The position numbers were made by a program, and so were the translations under genes. This document shows, one piece after another, positions 60,230 through 64,000 of a DNA stretch of 64,000 bases. This DNA comes from Heterodontus francisci (taxonomy: Eukaryota). The notes under the pieces were generated by a model, which saw only the letters and a program-made list of their open reading frames with translations, made no database searches and was not told the origin of the DNA. Location of the stretch: positions 34,252,560-34,316,559 of the forward strand of contig NC_090401.1 in the NCBI RefSeq assembly GCF_036365525.1, read 5' to 3'. Positions within the stretch are counted from its first letter, which is position 1, and every line of letters begins with the position of its first letter.

Positions 60230-62775
60230 TGGTAGGAATTGTTTATAGTCACCAAACAGTAGTGGTAGTGTGGGAATGGTATTAATCAGGAGATTAGAGC
60301 AGCATGTGGCATGGGTAATACAGTAATCATGGGTGACTTCAATCTGCATATAGACTGGGTATACCTAATGAGCACTAATGCTGTGGAGGACGAGTTTCTG
60401 GAGTGTGTTATGGATGGTTTTCTAGAGCAGTAAGGAACCAACTAGAGAACAGGCTATTTTAGATGTTGTTTTGTGTAATGAGAAAGGGTTAAACTAATCT
60501 TGTTGTATAAGAACCTTTAGGGATGACTGACCATAATCTGATAAAATTTTACATTATGTTTGAAAGTGAGGTAGTTCAATCTGAAGTCATGGTGTTAAAT
60601 TTGAACAAAGGAAATTATAAAGGTATGAGGAGCAAATTGGCTGAGGTGGTTTGGGAAAATACATTAAAAGGTATGATAGTACATGGGCAATGTATAGTCT
60701 TTAAAGAAATATTACATAGTTTACAGCAACTATACATTCCTTCAAGGCACAAAAACCCCAAAAGTAAAAGCAATCAACCATGGATAACAAAGGAAGTTAA
60801 GGATTGTATAAGATTAAAAGAAAAGGCCTATAAAGTTGCCAGAAATATTAGTAAACCTGAGGATTGGGAGGATTTTAGAATGCAGCAATGGAGGACTAAG
60901 CAACTGATAAAGAAAGGGAGAATAGAATATGAATGTAAGCTTAAAAATATATATAAAAACGGACTGTAAAAGCTTCTACAGGTATGTAAAAAGGAAACGT
61001 TTGGCTAAGACAAATGTGGGTCCATTACAGGCAGAGTCAGTAGAATTTATAATGGGGAATAGAGAAATGGCAGAGAAGCTAAATGATTACTTTGTGCATG
61101 TCTTCACTGAGGAAGATGCAAGAAATCTCCCAGAATTAGAGACCCAAGGGATAAGGGAGAATGAGGAATTGAAGGAAATTAGTGTTAGTAAGAAGGTTGT
61201 ATTGGAGAAATTAATGGGGCTGAAAGTTGATAAATCCCCAGGACCTGATATTCTACATCCCAGAGTGTTGAAAGAGGTAGCTATGGAGATAGTGGATGCA
61301 TTGGTGATTATCTTCCAAAATTCTATAGATTCTGGAGCGGTTCCTGCAGATTGGAAGGTTGCAAATGTCGCCCCACTATTTAAGAAGGGAGGGAGAGAGA
61401 AAACAGGGAATTACAGACCTGTTAGCCTTACATCAGTCATTGGGAAAATGCTAGAATCTATTCTAAAGGATGTGATAAATGGACACTTGGATAATGATCT
61501 GATTGGGCATAGGCAACATGGATATATGAATGGGAAGTAATGTTTGACGAACCTGTTGGAGTTTTTTGAGGATGTTACTAACAGAATTGATAAAGGGGAG
61601 TCGATGGGCATGGTATACTTGGATTTTCAGAAGGCTTTTAATAAAGTCCCCACACAGGAGGTTGGTTAGCAAATTTAAAGCACATGGGATAGGAGGTAAT
61701 ATACTGGCTTGTATTAAGGATTGGTTAACAGGCAGAAAGCAGAGAGTAGGATTAAATGAGTTATTCTAACGTTGACAGGCTGTGACGAGTGGGGTAACGC
61801 AGGGATCAGTGCTTGGGCCCCAGCTGTTCACAATATGTAACAATGATTTGGATGTGGGGACCAAATGTAGTATTTCCTAGCTCGCGGATGACACAAAATT
61901 AAGTGGGAATGTGTGTTGTGAGGAAGATGCAAAGCGGCTTCAAGGGGATTTGGACAGATTTAGTGAGTGGGCAAGAACATGGCAGATGGAATATAATGTG
62001 GAAAAATGTGAGGTTATCCACTTTGGTAGGAGGAACAGATGTGCAGAGTATCTCTTAAATGTTACGAGATTGGAAAGTGTAGATGTACAAAGGGACCTGG
62101 GTGTCCTCATCAATAAGTCACTGAAATCTAACATGCAGGTGCAGCAAGCAATTAGGAAGGCTAATGGTATGTTAGCCTTTATCGCAAGAGGATTTGAGTA
62201 CAGGAGTAGAGAAGTCTTGCTTCAATTGTATAGAACCTTGGTTATACTGTACCTGGAGTATTGTGTGCAGTTTTGGTCCCTTACCTTGGGAAGGATATTA
62301 TTGCCATACAGGGAGTGCAATGGAGGTTCACCAGTCTTGTTCTCGGGATGGCGGGACTGTCCTATGAAGAGAGATTGGGGAAACTGAGCCTGTATTCTCC
62401 AGAGTTTCGAAGAATGAGAGGTGATTTCATTGAAACCTGCAAAATACTTAGATAGACAGGCTAGATGCAGGTAAGATGTTGCCCCTGGTTGGGGAGTCTA
62501 GAACCAGGGGACACAATTTCAAAATAAGGGGAAAGCCACTTAGAACAGAGATGAGAAATTTCTTTACTCAGAGGTTTGTGAATCTTAGGAATTCTCTACC
62601 CCAGAGGGCTGTGGAAGCTCAGTCATTGAGTATATTTGAAGTAGTGATTGACAGATTTTTAAATACAAATGGCATGAGGGGATATGAGGATAGTGTGCGG
62701 AAAAAGGTATTGAAATGGAAGATCAGCCATGATCATATTGAATGGTGGGGCAGGTTGAATGGCTTACTGCTGCTC
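60230..62775 (+). mobile_element. CR1/HER1 LINE (EN C-terminus, RT, tail) inserted in Penelope RT
   Basis: IMGDFNL, DHNLI, KSPGPDILHPRVLKE, NYRPVSLTS, QGSVLGP, ADDTK, followed by the CR1 tail. Confidence 0.93.
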
Positions 62776-63966
62776 TGATATGTTTGCTATATTTAAATCC
62801 GCAGCTGCATGCAATAATTTCTTTACATGTCTTAATGGGCTCCATTCTGCTTTCACATTCAACTTTGAAAAGGAGTAGTCAAATGAGCTCCCTTTCCTTG
62901 ACGTACTAGTTGAGAAATCTGCCAAGTGGTTCTGTACTGCGGTCTACCGCAAACGTACCTTAATTGTTCAATACACGTGTACACGTGTTGGGATTCTTAC
63001 AGTTCCACGCGCTGTAAGATTGGCCAACCTCGTAAATAGGGCCCAAGACATTTGCCCACCATGCAAGCTTGATGCTGAAATAGGGCAAAGCAGAGACCTC
63101 CTGCGTGACAATGGCTATCCTCATCAGACCATTTCTCGCTGTATATTGCACAAACTTCTGAACGGGCCCAAGGCCATCATTTTCAGCCCTAAAAAGTGCC
63201 CAATCTTCCTCAAATTACCCTGGAAGGGTAATATATCCCAAAAATCTGAGCAATAGGTGAGGCTAGCTGTTTCACGCTGCTACTATGCAGTAGCAACACG
63301 TGTGGCCACAGGATGCTGCCATCACGCCAAAAAGACATCCTGCCTATCACACAAATGAGCAATGTGATGTATGAATTTCAATGTCAGTGTGATGCTCGGT
63401 ATATAGGTCGTATGTCCCAAAGACTGGCGGATCGTATCAAACAACATGTCCCTTCAACGGGAAAGGTACAGGCAGTACCCAACCAGCCCATGCTTGCAAA
63501 ACTCAAAACACAGTGTCCAGCATTAGATGTGATTCTGCGATTGGACAACAGTTGCTAAATAATCCTCAGTGTACTAAGCATTACGCTGACGACCAATTTA
63601 AGGTTGTCAGTAGGGCTCGCAGTGTGGCGCATTTGCACGTACGGCAAGCTACATATATTAATACATAGGGCCTTGTTCTGTGCAGACAGAAAGAACATGT
63701 ACAAACATTGTGCCTGTTTCAGCTAAACAAAATAAGTGAAAGCCATTCGCTGTTTCATTCCTCAGGACAATGCCTTGACCAATCAGAGTCGAGCGGCCTG
63801 GTTTAAATTTCAAACAAAGCTTGGCTGTTAACGGTCAGTCACCATAAACTGGTGCATTCTCCATGGCAACACCTCTACGAATCAGAGTTCACTTGCCAAC
63901 CAATCAGCACTCCCTTCTCATACGGTATCAAGCTGTTGTTTTCCCTTACATTTGTAGTCTTTTAGA

Positions 63967-64000
63967 TTGTCCTGATGAGTGCAAGACGAAAAGCTTCGAC
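63967..64000 (+). ncRNA. Minimal type-I hammerhead ribozyme in the 3' Penelope pLTR (cut by the window edge)
   Basis: ttgtc ctgatga gtgcaagac gaaa agcttc gac...; identical to the inverted copy. Confidence 0.7.

Larger units (their letters stand above)
59350..64000 (+). mobile_element. Penelope-like retroelement (RT + GIY-YIG), 5' inverted pLTR, split by CR1
   Basis: MYGLPKTHKSDVPLRPILS, CSFDIASLFTNIP, QIDGVAMGSPLGP, QYVDD, LPFLDV, NVMYEFQCQCDARYIGR. ~59455-59630 is an inverted copy of ~63815-64000. Confidence 0.92.

Overview
Eukaryotic (vertebrate) genomic DNA, very probably from a shark or other elasmobranch, judged by HE1-type V-SINEs, CR1/HER1-type LINEs and Deu-SINE-like relics. The window is the 5' part of a spectraplakin gene on the + strand, best matching MACF1/ACF7. 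Seven constitutive exons encode the end of CH1, CH2 and the start of the plakin domain. A 36/96-nt alternative microexon sits inside CH1, and an internal ~1.2-kb alternative first exon (MGSSLGCV...) matches the MACF1a3 type. The introns are dense with mobile DNA: a ~6.7-kb env-less endogenous retrovirus, solo LTRs, a decayed GalEa-type copia, a two-gene PIF/Harbinger transposon, RTE, Tx1/L1, L2 and CR1 LINE pieces, and a Penelope element. The ERV has a tRNA-Ser PBS, a -1 frameshift signal at gag/pro and a small TM-CCC ORF where env would be. Two families of minimal type-I hammerhead ribozyme motifs are visible, one in the Penelope terminal repeats and one in a short repeat present about 9 times, twice as head-to-head palindromes. 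There are two N gaps (14923-15059 and 28156-28289). Family and orthologue assignments come from recalled motifs, not from database searches.
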